Virus record (IMG/VR): IMGVR_UViG_3300028591_000084
DNA from: a virus
Lineage: Duplodnaviria > Caudoviricetes
Length of the DNA stretch: 64,000 nucleotides
Strand: one strand, 5' to 3'
Positions 29,818 through 40,518 of the stretch are shown here, one piece after another; within the stretch, counting starts at the first letter, position 1; each line of letters begins with the position of its first letter. The notes under the pieces are model-generated. The model was given only the letters and a program-made list of their open reading frames with translations. It was not told the DNA's origin and did no database searches. The position numbers and the translations under genes were made by a program.

Positions 29818-31058
29818 GTAAATTCAAAATTCAGGGTATTGGTCTTGATACGAGCACAATAGATTATAAGCCAGAAAATCTCTATGAGAATTTTGATTAT
29901 GTTTATACTTCAATCAGGGCTAATAACGACTACTTGGTCAGTGACGCCATAAGTAGTATTAAGAAAACGCCAACTCTTATCGTCTCTACCGACTATCTAG
30001 ATAATATTAATATTGGTCTGGAAGAACATTTGAAAGCTCTAGATAGAAAGTTCTGTCAGCTTTTACTTGTTGATGCTGGAGCAAATTGGGCATTTACTTC
30101 TTATCTACTTAATGACGAATGTAAGGCGCTTTATGAGAATATAGGTATTGAAAATCCTAAAGACCTAGACCAATTAAAAGAACTAATTGAAAAAGCTGGA
30201 AGTCAAGGAATTAAAATTGAGTATGTTTCAATTCACATCAGTCCCTTTGAGTTTAATAAAGAGCTAATTGAGTTTTGTGTTGAGAATAAAATTACTATCC
30301 TTGGTACTAATCCAATGGGCGGTTATCTCAGCGCAAATAGAAATATTGAAACTTTCTCAGTACCTTATCTACTCGGTTTTGCAGCTAATTACGCGGATAT
30401 TGTCTTTTTATCGGGTAGAAATTTAGTTAAAGCTTCGGATGATCTAGCTTACTTAACAGAATTGATTGGAACTGAAGCAGGAAATGAGTATACCCTAAGC
30501 AAGAGTGTTTATAAGCCTGTTAAACCACTAAAAAAGGCTATCTACACGTCCATTCAGCTTGGAAATAAGACTATTGTTCCTTATGACTGTCCAGAGCTTT
30601 GTGTTGATCCTAGGGTACTTGTTACTAAAATTGGGTCTTACGTTAATACTGTGAAGAAAATCAGTGGTAAGAAAAAACTTGAGTCTACTGCTGATCTTGA
30701 AACGGAGGGCACTGAACCACTTGATGCTGAAACTGAAAACTTCCTTAAACTGCTTTACTATCCCTCTGATGGAACTCTGGAAGACTGTTTTGCTATCGCC
30801 AGGTATAAAGTTCTTAATTTTCTTAGGGTTACGTTGACTAAAGCTGAAGGGTGGGATTTTCAGTCATTTAAGATCGGAAACAATATCCTCTTAATAACGG
30901 CTAGTAAAGAACCTAAAGTAGAAGGTTTTTTGATTTGGAAAAATCTGAAAATTGAAAAGCCAAGAGAGTTTATGCTCGTTTTCCCAGATAAAGATAAGGA
31001 TAGTATAATCTTCCAAGAATTAGTCCACCCTGAACAGAAAGAATTACTTAGCAAATAG
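29814..31058 (+). CDS. aldo/keto-reductase-fold protein, degenerate
   Basis: LEEHLKAL..QLLLVD, IGIEN, ISPF..NKELIEFCVENKITILGTNPMGG match AKR signatures. Confidence 0.6.
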   Translation: MSKFKIQGIGLDTSTIDYKPENLYENFDYVYTSIRANNDYLVSDAISSIKKTPTLIVSTDYLDNINIGLEEHLKALDRKFCQLLLVDAGANWAFTSYLLNDECKALYENIGIENPKDLDQLKELIEKAGSQGIKIEYVSIHISPFEFNKELIEFCVENKITILGTNPMGGYLSANRNIETFSVPYLLGFAANYADIVFLSGRNLVKASDDLAYLTELIGTEAGNEYTLSKSVYKPVKPLKKAIYTSIQLGNKTIVPYDCPELCVDPRVLVTKIGSYVNTVKKISGKKKLESTADLETEGTEPLDAETENFLKLLYYPSDGTLEDCFAIARYKVLNFLRVTLTKAEGWDFQSFKIGNNILLITASKEPKVEGFLIWKNLKIEKPREFMLVFPDKDKDSIIFQELVHPEQKELLSK

Positions 31059-31104
31059 GTGTAATTCCTTAATAATAAATAATGAAATTAATTTTTAAAA
31101 AGTT

Positions 31105-31653
31105 ATGAGAATTTATAATGCAAAAAATTCTTTGGTAGACATCCCTCTGCCAGGTTCGAAGGTTAGAGTTGTTATTCCTGCACATTCAATTAGTCAGGAT
31201 GTTCTTCCCAGTGATGAGCTTTTTACAATGTTGGCTACAAACTTTGAGGCTAACGAGTTGGCTCTCATTGTTAATGGTCCCTTTGAGGTCAATCTTGCAG
31301 CTAAGTCACCTGCTGTTACTCCAATGATAGTTAATAGCATTGACGAGGCAATTAAGAGATTTACTGAAGAGGATGATAAGCCGGAGTTGAAGATTGAGCA
31401 TGCTGCTGAAACTCCAGAACCTATTGAAGAGACTGCTCCTGCTGTTGAAGAGGAGAAGCCTGAAGACAAAAGTGTAATGAATCTGAACCCTGCACCTGAA
31501 GAGGATGTCAAGGATGAACCTGAAGTGCCTTCCTTTCCGGAAGTTAATGAGGTTGCTGGTAACGTCGATGTTGTAGAAGAAACTCCAGCACCCGCTTCTG
31601 AAAAACCTATTGAGAAAGCTAAGCGTAAAGCTAGAAGAATCAAGAAAGGTTAA
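31105..31653 (+). CDS. hypothetical protein with acidic Pro/Glu linker and basic tail
   Basis: 182 aa; promoter motif at 31057..31077. Confidence 0.8.
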   Translation: MRIYNAKNSLVDIPLPGSKVRVVIPAHSISQDVLPSDELFTMLATNFEANELALIVNGPFEVNLAAKSPAVTPMIVNSIDEAIKRFTEEDDKPELKIEHAAETPEPIEETAPAVEEEKPEDKSVMNLNPAPEEDVKDEPEVPSFPEVNEVAGNVDVVEETPAPASEKPIEKAKRKARRIKKG

Positions 31654-31711
31654 TTAAACAAATTTTATGGGGTCCTTGAGAGATTAATTTCTCCCAAGGA
31701 TCTCTTTCTTT

Positions 31712-32668
31712 ATGGAGTACAAAGAGGTTAATACCCGAAGTGGTAAACATATTGTATTTTGTGATTTTAAGGAATTATTAACGGAATTTTATAAAGTCAG
31801 TTCCTTTGAAGAGATAGAGAATAGAGCTAATAGCGCAGGAGAATTTATTATTCACTGCCCATTCTGTAAGAAGGAAGGACATAGAAAACATAAACTCTAT
31901 ATTAAGAATGACTTGACGGTTGGACATTGTTTCGTCTGTTGTAGAGATTTTATTAATGTAAATGACGAAATTAATTTAAAGTTTAACTTGTCGGGGCTTC
32001 TTAATTTTAATGGGTTTAATAATAATAGAGAGTTTAAAGTTGTTCCTATAAATGATCCTGATTGGAGTATTGAGTCCTTTAAATTTGATATGGACGACTA
32101 TGATGAAGATGGTGTAAAATATCTGAAGGGGAGACATGCTTATTTAGGGGAACTTTATAAATTACTAGATTTTAAATTCTTAGATGGTAATGTGGTAGTG
32201 CCATTCAAACATAATGGGGAAGTATTCTATTACCAGATTAGATTTAGTAATCCAGGCAATAAGATTAAGTATTTTATGCCTAGAATAGATCAAGGATGTA
32301 AACCCCCATATATTATAGAAAGAGAAAATGAAGATGCAAGACATAGGATCTTAATAGTAGAAGGAATTTTTGATGCTATAGCTGCTCTTATTCAATGTCC
32401 AGAATATACTCCTGTTGCCGTATTAGGTTCTAGTATAACACCATATCAAATGGAGTTTATTAGAAATTATAGTGGTTATATCAAAGAAGTTAGAATTTGG
32501 ATGGATGAGACTCACATCTCTAAAGGAATAGCTAAAAGATTAAAAACACAGATAGATTATTGTCCTATAGAAATTATAAAGTCATACGGCCCTGATCCTG
32601 AGGAAATTTTAAAGGATAGAATGGCTAAAGGATTACCTGTTCAGTGGATTTGGAGTAAGTATAAATAA
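31712..32668 (+). CDS. DNA primase (Zn finger + TOPRIM)
   Basis: CPFC..H..CFVC; IVEGIFDA; VLGS; WMDE. Confidence 0.85.
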   Translation: MEYKEVNTRSGKHIVFCDFKELLTEFYKVSSFEEIENRANSAGEFIIHCPFCKKEGHRKHKLYIKNDLTVGHCFVCCRDFINVNDEINLKFNLSGLLNFNGFNNNREFKVVPINDPDWSIESFKFDMDDYDEDGVKYLKGRHAYLGELYKLLDFKFLDGNVVVPFKHNGEVFYYQIRFSNPGNKIKYFMPRIDQGCKPPYIIERENEDARHRILIVEGIFDAIAALIQCPEYTPVAVLGSSITPYQMEFIRNYSGYIKEVRIWMDETHISKGIAKRLKTQIDYCPIEIIKSYGPDPEEILKDRMAKGLPVQWIWSKYK

Positions 32669-32674
32669 GACGGT

Positions 32675-34192
32675 ATGTTAGAAATAAAGCACGATAAGAG
32701 TATTAATCGACTTGTATTATTAACAGATGACCCTAGCGTTCACTTTTTTCTAGAGTCTAAACAATCTGAGTATGCCTATTGCGCATGGAAAAAACAGTAT
32801 GATTGGGTTCACAAGATAATTAAGGTCTATGAACCAACCAAACATAGTATTACCGGTGGATATAGGTATGTTCTGGGAATAGGTTGGGCTGGATATCTTC
32901 TTGGCGTATTTAAAGAATATATGAGTAAGGAAAACTACGATGATATTCTATATAATGTAGTTTTAGCAGATTCCTATAGAACAGCACCATTTCCAGAGCT
33001 TAGAGATTATCAAAATGATGATATTCTGTTTCTCTTAAAATATAGGGTAGGTCTGGTTACAGTTAATACCGGTTATGGAAAAACGCAAACCATAGCCACT
33101 TTAACAAACTATGCTTACCGAGTGTTAGGAAAGAAAGTACTCATTGTAACGCCTAATAATAAAGCGAAGGATGAGTTGATAAAGAGATGTAAGAATGTTT
33201 TTGGACTTGAAGTAAGTGACGGAAAAAATAAACTCCCCGATGGAGAGCTAGACTGTCTTATTACAGCAGGAGTTATGAATTCTGGTAGAATCAAGGATCC
33301 TGAAGAAAATGCTGAATTTCTTAAGATGTTAAGTGGCTATGAGTGGGTCTTAGCGGACGAAGTAGAATATACTATCAATAATGGTGGTAAGTATATATAT
33401 GATCATTGTACTGGGGCAGAAAGATTCTATGCTTTCTCTGGTACTGCTGATAAAACAGCTGGAGAAATAATATCCTTCGCCCAGGGACTTAGTGAGGTCG
33501 TATTAAGAAATAAAGACCTAATTAAGTATTTTGGTCCATCACTTGTTTATAGAATGCCTCTTAATATTAGTATAAGTAATATAAAAGTTAAAACAATGTC
33601 TCTGGACGATCTCCACCTTGATCGTGAAAAAATTGATGATAGTGGTAATCTTTATTCAGAGATTATGACACAAATTTGGAGTAATCCAGATGTTTGTAAT
33701 ACTTTAGTCAGAATTATAAGAAAGTATCCAAGATGCTTTATACCAATTAATAATTTGGTAAATATCTTATACTTCTGGATTGAAAATTACTTTATTGGGA
33801 GATTTAGAACTCTCTTGGTTTGCGGAGAAGGATATATCTACTATGACTTGACGGGACATACAACACACTTAACGCTTCAAGAGGCTTGTGATAAAATTGA
33901 GGCTGGAGAGGTTGATGTGATTCCAAGTACTAGTAGCGGATATAGAGCACTCGATTTTCCAGGATTAGAAAATATTTTCTTAGCTCAAGGTAAAGTGGCT
34001 GGTGTTACTCTCCAGACGATAGGACGTTGTGCTAGAGGGAAACATATGAATATAATATCATTAGAACCATTTAATACAAAAAAGAAAATCCCTGTCTACA
34101 CAAACGGATCTAAAAATCGAGAAGAGATGATTAAATCCTACTATAAATATTGTGAGATTGAGGATGTGATTATTGTAGAGGATGACTTATAA
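32675..34192 (+). CDS. SF2 DNA helicase (UvsW-like)
   Basis: LRDYQ, TGYGKT, DEVE, SGT, QTIGRCAR. Confidence 0.88.
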   Translation: MLEIKHDKSINRLVLLTDDPSVHFFLESKQSEYAYCAWKKQYDWVHKIIKVYEPTKHSITGGYRYVLGIGWAGYLLGVFKEYMSKENYDDILYNVVLADSYRTAPFPELRDYQNDDILFLLKYRVGLVTVNTGYGKTQTIATLTNYAYRVLGKKVLIVTPNNKAKDELIKRCKNVFGLEVSDGKNKLPDGELDCLITAGVMNSGRIKDPEENAEFLKMLSGYEWVLADEVEYTINNGGKYIYDHCTGAERFYAFSGTADKTAGEIISFAQGLSEVVLRNKDLIKYFGPSLVYRMPLNISISNIKVKTMSLDDLHLDREKIDDSGNLYSEIMTQIWSNPDVCNTLVRIIRKYPRCFIPINNLVNILYFWIENYFIGRFRTLLVCGEGYIYYDLTGHTTHLTLQEACDKIEAGEVDVIPSTSSGYRALDFPGLENIFLAQGKVAGVTLQTIGRCARGKHMNIISLEPFNTKKKIPVYTNGSKNREEMIKSYYKYCEIEDVIIVEDDL

Positions 34193-34251
34193 GGTAGGGA
34201 ACTAATCCTTACCTTTATTTTTTTGGAGAAAATAAAAAAAAAGAGGCTCTG

Positions 34252-34707
34252 TCACCTAGCCTCTAATTGTAGTAGTCTGTTAGTTAGATATTGTCCTAGA
34301 AGGAACAGTACATCAAGCTCTGAATCCTGGCACCTTAGATCCGAGAATATAACATCAGTGTTAGTTGTCATTGTATTTTCATAAATACTTATCTCATCTT
34401 TGAAATACTCTTTTATCTCTTCTAACACCTGGTCTTCAGTATTACCATCGTCACTAAGATCCCAGCCGAACTTTCGCCCCACTAGAAACTCAAAGACCCT
34501 ATAGCAGCAAGCTTTAAGTCTATTTTTTGTTACTCTTCTAACAAACTTGTTCTCGCACTTAGTGATTCGATATGCATTAACAGCTGCGTAATAATCACAT
34601 AGTGCCTCTGTTTTAGTTTCGATATCATCATAGATATCCTTAACTCTGACTCTGGTGCCTACTAAACAATAGGCCCAAGAGATCAATATAATATAAAATT
34701 TATTCAT
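34252..34707 (-). CDS. hypothetical protein
   Basis: 151 aa; promoter CCTTAttggTG 2 nt before ATG. Confidence 0.75.
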   Translation of the reverse strand: MNKFYIILISWAYCLVGTRVRVKDIYDDIETKTEALCDYYAAVNAYRITKCENKFVRRVTKNRLKACCYRVFEFLVGRKFGWDLSDDGNTEDQVLEEIKEYFKDEISIYENTMTTNTDVIFSDLRCQDSELDVLFLLGQYLTNRLLQLEAR

Positions 34708-34750
34708 ATCACCAATAAGGATTTGAAGTGTTTATTTAGTCATATTTTCA

Positions 34751-34771
34751 CCCTGCACTTCCTTATAGTTG
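34751..34771 (+). promoter_or_regulatory. phage promoter of polA
   Basis: CCC-tgcactt-CCTTAtagtTG. Confidence 0.75.
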
Positions 34772-34793
34772 AATATAAATTTCAAAAATATAT

Positions 34794-37700
34794 ATGAAGA
34801 GAGTTTTGTTATTGGATCGAGATGAGGTTAAGGACTTTGCGAGATACGTGATGAAATATAGTGCATTGTCCGTCCAAGATCTCGAATTTATGTTGGAGGA
34901 CGACCCAGTTAAATTCAAATCTATTATGTCTTTTGGCCCAGGTGATGCTATTATGTTGTGGGGCTCTAAAGCTTTTACATTCATAAAGCAATATTATCAC
35001 CTAGGTATTAGATCAGAGAATTACTGGGATTGTGCTAAATTACGAAGAGTCAGTATGGAGGGAGGAGCTTATGCGAAAGTTATTGTCGAACCTCCTACTG
35101 ATGAAGAATTGAGAGACTTTGGTAGTAGGTCTTTCACTACTAAGGTCGAATTTAACGGATTAAATGCTGGTATAATTAGTACTTATGGAGAGGCGATTGA
35201 ATTCTTGAAATTTCTTCAAGCTCAGCCGTTGAGTGATTACTTCGGCTTTGACTATGAAGGATCAGGTTTTCCTATGGATCGCTGGTATGAATTGAGTGGT
35301 TTTTCTCTATCAACAGAATCTATAGTACGTTTTATATCTTTAACTGATATTCGTCATGAATTGGGAGGAAGTGACAATGAGTCTTATCGAACGCTTCTTG
35401 CAGTTCTTGGTCAATTCTTAGTGGATCGTCAAGACCATATTGTTGTATATAATATGCAGTACGAATGGCAAGCAAGTCATCGTATGTTAGGCGTAGATTT
35501 ATACAACTTAGTAGATGCTAGTGTAGTTAATGTTCTTGATGGTTTTCATGAGAAAAAATATAGTTTAAAGTGGACGGGTCAACGAGTTCTTAGTGTTGAT
35601 GTTTGGGATGCCGAATTTGATAGAATTTCAGACCTAGTAGACCAAATGCTATTCACGGAAGAAGGAAAATTGAAGAAAGATAAACGTAAAGTTCTTCGCG
35701 TAGATCCCGGAAATTTTGAAGCTACTGAAGAGTGGGGTATATTGTGTAGTAGGTACCCAGATTATATAGATGAATTCAGATCTTTGATTTTAGAATATTG
35801 GGGTAATCCTTTTATGTGTATCCCAAGTAAAATTCTAGGCTATTACTGTAATTTGGATGCATTTTATACTCTCCAAATATTCCTAACCAAGAAGAAGGAA
35901 TATAGCGATGAGTGTATTAACGTATTTTTAGATAATATACGTCTTGGTTGTCGTCTTATGTCTAGCGGCTTGTATATAGACGAGCCTTTTAGAGCTAAAT
36001 ACGATCATTATTGTAGACAGATGATGGCCTGGGGAATAACCTATTGTGCTATGGCTAGATGCTGGATCAAGATGGAAAAGCATAAGGTTAATGCCAATAA
36101 TATAAAACGGTATAATCCCACGGCTCAGAAATTATTAAGAGAGAATCAATTTTATCAAGGAAATGCGGTAGAGATCGTTAAAAACTTGATGGCTAGATTC
36201 ATAGATCAGAACGATACGACAGAAACAGGCTTGGATGAAGGAAGGCTAATGATGACTTACGGTCCAAAATTTGCCGAAAAGTTTGTTGAAATCGTAAAGG
36301 AGTCTATGATTGAGGTTAAGATGAAGGGGAAGATAGATTCCGGTATAGTGAGAAAAAAGAAGATACTAAATATTATAGCGGAAAAATCTATTCACCTTCT
36401 CGGCCTTGATGCTGTGAAATTAGGAAATAAGCATATTGAGTTAGAGAAGTATATTTATTATGAGACAGCTTTTAATGAACTATCAAAAGTAGCCTATAAA
36501 CAGCTGACAGATATTAATAATATACCTGACAAACTCTACTTCTTTGGTAAATATTGGGATCTCTTAGAGTATTCTGATTATGTATCTGATAATTACTTTA
36601 AATGTAAGAGTCCGTTAGAAAATGACGAAATAATTTATGATATGACAATGTTATTTCGCTCACAAACAGCCTTCTTAGGGGCTCTGTCAGAAAGTACTCA
36701 ACAGCTCCCGAATACAGATAAATTTTATAGTAAGAGGGAGATAACGGATATAAATGAGGCATTTCAGGAATTTATGTGTGCCTGGGAGTTAAATTATAAG
36801 ACAGGGGAGAGAGATTCTTTATATCCTCAAAAAATGTTTACCTTGGCCTTAGAATTTTTCCAATGTCCAAAAAAGACAAAGGATCCTAAGAAAAGTACAG
36901 AAGAAAAGACTGAGTATATTTATGGAACAGCAGATAAAGTCAAAGAAATATGGACTGATTTTGTAGGTTTTAATGCTCAAACAACATATTTTCCTGCCTA
37001 TAAAGATCAATTTATAGAGTATTCAAAGCCCTTTAGACCAGAAACAGAAGCTGATGATGTATTCTTCTTTATGAGGAAATTTACCATCAACTATCTCCTC
37101 TATAAGAAATATGCTAAGATGTATTCAACTTATGTAGGACCAGATGGAATGTTTAAGAAGAATAATAAGTATGTTATTGTAGACGAGCATCACTTACCGA
37201 TAAAAGAAGTAGATCCAGAAGAACCGGGAGCAGTTGAGCTTTGTTTAGTTCGATATGAGGTACTTTCAAAAAGTAGTAAGAGATGGTCTAGTGCCTTTCA
37301 TACTATTATATCTCATAGTGACTGTAAAAATGTTCTATGTCCACCGCCAACGAGAGATGAGAATGGAAATATAGTATATGGAGGAAGCGATCAGATGCTA
37401 ACGTATTTTGACATTAGCAGCGCAGAGGTTAAATTTAGCCGTCACCTATAGTAATGTAGGTGAGCATAAACGGGCAAATAACGGTGGAATCTGTGATGAT
37501 AATACCGTGCTAACTCACCTGAATTGCGAAAGGTTAGGTGAGTAGTGTAGAGCATAGGAAGTGAATAAATATAATCTTCCCACGAGTGTCCGTCATCCTT
37601 CTGGATGAAAATATATGCCGAACTGTAGAGAAAGAGAATCTACAGAACTACTAGATAAAAAGCTAGTAGGTTAACAGAATTGTAAGGCTGCTGGCTTCTC

Positions 37701-38634
37701 GTCCCTTGACAGAGGCCTTATTTCTAAATTCAGTGCTGGCGAAGATATATACATATACAGTACAAAGCTTTATCTTGGTGAAGAAGGTTGGAATTCGCTA
37801 AGTAAAGAACAGCAGAAGGCTTGGCGTAAGAAATTCAAAACAGTCTTCCTAGGTGTCTTATACGGCTTAGGTAAAAACTCACTAGCAGAACGTTTGGAAT
37901 GTAGTTTAGAGGAAGCTGAAAGAATTATTCAATCACTCTACACATCATTCCCAGGCCTAAGAGAGTATGTGGATAAACAAGGTCAATATCCTCTTGATCA
38001 TGACGGTTACATCAACACATTTTTAGGTGATAAGCTAAGATTAAGAGAATTTTATGATTATCTCCCCAAGGCTACTAGTGATTACGAAAGGAAGAATATA
38101 ATTGCTAGAATTAAACGCCTAGGAGTTAATCTTCCAATTCAAGGTGGAACAAGTAGTATTATGGCTTGTGGATTCTTCAACAATATTAGGCAATCAATAA
38201 AAGAAGGCTGGGATCAACCTCTTCAACCTATTATTGTAGTGCATGATTCAAATACTAATTACATCCCAGTTGAAAAGATCTTTGACATCAGACATTTTTA
38301 CGATGTAAATTATACTGATTTCTGTGCTAGTTTTGGTCCTAGAATCAAGCTACTATTTGATTTATTGGCGGGCTATTCTTATGAGTCAGCTAAGGAGATG
38401 AAAACTAGAAACAATGAAATTGAATTTACTGGGGATGCCACGAGTTTAATGATGATTAGGAATAAAATAATGTCCTGTCCAAAATTAAACGTTGAATGTA
38501 GTATGTCTGTTGAAGAACTAATTGCATCTCGTCAAATAATCACGGATCCTATCGATAGATTTATTAAGGAAAATGGTTGTTGTATGGACAAAGATGTAAG
38601 TAAAGTAACTATCAAATTCAGAAAGCTTAACTAA
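34794..38634 (+). CDS. polA: family A DNA polymerase with 3'-5' exonuclease, spliced join(34794..37429,37683..38634), 1195 aa
   Basis: Exo FDYEG, YNMQYE, YCNLD; motif A DISSAEV|KAAG restored by splicing; motif B RKKFKTVFLGVLYG; NLPIQG; motif C VHDS. Confidence 0.93.
37430..37682 (+). mobile_element. group I self-splicing intron, 253 nt, no homing endonuclease
   Basis: P1 GGUU/AGCC with U37429.G wobble; P2 tcacctata/tgtaggtga; P3 acgggca/tgtccgt; P4 acggt/accgt; P6 ctcacct/aggtgag; P7 GCAUA/UAUGC; P8 catcc/ggatg; P9 ctgtaga/tctacag; terminal G37682; removal restores the frame. Confidence 0.92.
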
Positions 38635-38642
38635 AAAAAATT

Positions 38643-38727
38643 AGAACTTACCATTATCGTTTCGTGTAATGGCAGGTTCTTTTTTTTTTATTCGGAGTAA
38701 AAAAGAAAAAGAGGATCTTAGTCCTCT
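38643..38727. terminator. two convergent terminators
   Basis: agaacttaccatta/taatggcaggttct followed by T-tract; A-tract then agagga/tcctct. Confidence 0.75.
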
Positions 38728-38728
38728 C

Positions 38729-39322
38729 TTACCAAACAATACCTTCAGAAATCATTAAGAAATCTGAAAGTAGATCCAAACTTTTCTGTCCTACTCCTTT
38801 CTTTCTAGCAAAAAGGGCGCTAGAAGGATATTTAATTAGAAATTCTTGAATTGTAAAATTTTTACTTGCACTACCCCAATAAGACATTGCGGAAATCAAG
38901 CAGTTTCTTAACCTTCCTACTCCCCTTTGATCACCATAGAGTAGATTAATTTTATAGATCATTGAGTCGGGCCTTAGTTTTTCTACTACCTGTTGTTTAC
39001 CGACTCTTTCTCTAATATCCAGTCTCTTAAGTCCATCAGCCATTCTCAAAAGTCTGGCAATTCCGTAGGACAATCTAAAATTCTCTTTTTCTTCTAATAA
39101 TGGTGGTCTATGATTTATAAATCCCGGCACCTCGTCTGCCGCAAAATTAAGAGAAAGGACATAAGTATAAGTTCCTCCTCCATCTAAAGTAACATAAGTT
39201 CTGCCTTGATCCTTAAGTTCTACTATTCTCTTTTCCACATAATAGTAGGCCTCGTTAACTAATTCTTGAAGTTCGAGCGGTTTGAACCTTAATTTCTCAC
39301 CCTCCACTATAAACAGTTTCAT
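38729..39322 (-). CDS. protein with C-terminal RNA polymerase alpha-CTD-like domain
   Basis: RLRNCL...TIQEFL...GVGQKSLDLL parallels alpha-CTD RSANCL...IGDL...NLGKKSLTEI. Confidence 0.65.
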   Translation of the reverse strand: MKLFIVEGEKLRFKPLELQELVNEAYYYVEKRIVELKDQGRTYVTLDGGGTYTYVLSLNFAADEVPGFINHRPPLLEEKENFRLSYGIARLLRMADGLKRLDIRERVGKQQVVEKLRPDSMIYKINLLYGDQRGVGRLRNCLISAMSYWGSASKNFTIQEFLIKYPSSALFARKKGVGQKSLDLLSDFLMISEGIVW

Positions 39323-39800
39323 CTATTACTAAATTATCTAAATTAAATAAAAGTAGACATTCACAATCCCAAGTACAGAATAATTCATGTTCTTCTGATT
39401 CCCAGGGCCTTAATTCTTGCTGACTAAGAATATAGGCTTCTTCTGTCAACCAAATACCATCATAATCTTGAGCTAGTTTTTCAAAGTTTATTGTCTTATA
39501 CTTTCTATCAAGCCAAATTTGATCAGGCGTCGGAAGAAGTATCTCTGTATATTGTTCTACATCTTTTGCTGTTTTAATTTTTAGAAGATTTTTAGGTTTA
39601 CTAAAATGGAACTTAGTAAAAGTCCCTAAGCTCTCTCTTCTAAAATCCTCTAACTCACAGAAATATTTCCAATCAAACCTTACATTATCAACCGGACAAC
39701 ACCAAAGACCACCTCTGGGCTTATTACTAATAGCTAGTTCATTTTTTATTAATCTAAACTTATTCTTATCAATAATATGTCCGTAAGTTATTAAATTCAT
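39297..39800 (-). CDS. hypothetical phage protein
   Basis: 167 aa; KPRGGLW, NFEKLAQDYDGI, WDCE. Confidence 0.8.
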   Translation of the reverse strand: MNLITYGHIIDKNKFRLIKNELAISNKPRGGLWCCPVDNVRFDWKYFCELEDFRRESLGTFTKFHFSKPKNLLKIKTAKDVEQYTEILLPTPDQIWLDRKYKTINFEKLAQDYDGIWLTEEAYILSQQELRPWESEEHELFCTWDCECLLLFNLDNLVIDETVYSGG

Positions 39801-39802
39801 TT

Positions 39803-39844
39803 CATAATTTAGGCATTGGAGGGGGCACTAAATCCTTACTATTG
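39803..39844. promoter_or_regulatory. back-to-back divergent phage promoters
   Basis: Minus: CCC-tccaatg-CCTAAattaTG-aa-ATG. Plus: aaatCCTTActatTG-at-ATG. Confidence 0.7.
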
Positions 39845-39846
39845 AT

Positions 39847-40221
39847 ATGAATAGTATTTTTGAAAGTACAGCGACTATTTTTTCGCTTATTAAGAAACCT
39901 GGAGTAGATAGTTATGAATTCTATTTCTTAGGTATGACAGAAGACAATAATAATGTCTTTTGGACTAGTGATTTGAACTTAGGTAAGAGGTTTCCAATTG
40001 GTGATGCTGAAAGTAATGACTTCTTTGCCGAAACTTTTTTGAAGGTTACTGATCCTGAATCTCCTATATATCAGGACCTAATAAAAAGGATCGAACCCCC
40101 TTATCGAGAGGATGCTGAAATCTATGTCGGTAAATTTAGATTACACCTTGATGTTCTTCCCGGCACTGTAGTTAGGAAGATAAAGAAAGGAAAACCTATC
40201 GACGTTGATCTCAAGAATTGA
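39847..40221 (+). CDS. hypothetical protein
   Basis: 124 aa. Confidence 0.8.
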   Translation: MNSIFESTATIFSLIKKPGVDSYEFYFLGMTEDNNNVFWTSDLNLGKRFPIGDAESNDFFAETFLKVTDPESPIYQDLIKRIEPPYREDAEIYVGKFRLHLDVLPGTVVRKIKKGKPIDVDLKN

Positions 40222-40270
40222 GTGGTATTTGAGATCCCCCCCAATTCTTTAATAATGTAATAAGAAGATT

Positions 40271-40518
40271 ATGCAAAAAAGATTCCTGTTATTAAACTGG
40301 AATTTCGGTTAGATTGTTTCCTCAGGGATAACATTACTAACCGGCATAATACTCTTATTAACCTGGAATTTATATTAGAGACACAATACAAATATTTACA
40401 GATAGATCTTCCTTCCCAAGTAGAAATATTTGGGAGATACTTAAGCTTTACGCGCAATAAATACGAGGACGGCTTAAGTATGAAGAACTATCTTTTGCTT
40501 ATAAAACATAAAAAGTAG
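40271..40518 (+). pseudogene. frameshifted ~82 aa ORF (A6 run after ATG)
   Basis: Promoter at 40237..40257; ATG CAA AAA A is out of frame with an open frame KIPVIKLEF...KHKK*; A7 would restore it. Confidence 0.45.

Noticed and set aside
37894-38634. Separate 246-aa gene / split polymerase or intein
   Set aside because: It is exon 2 of polA; the interruption is a non-coding group I intron
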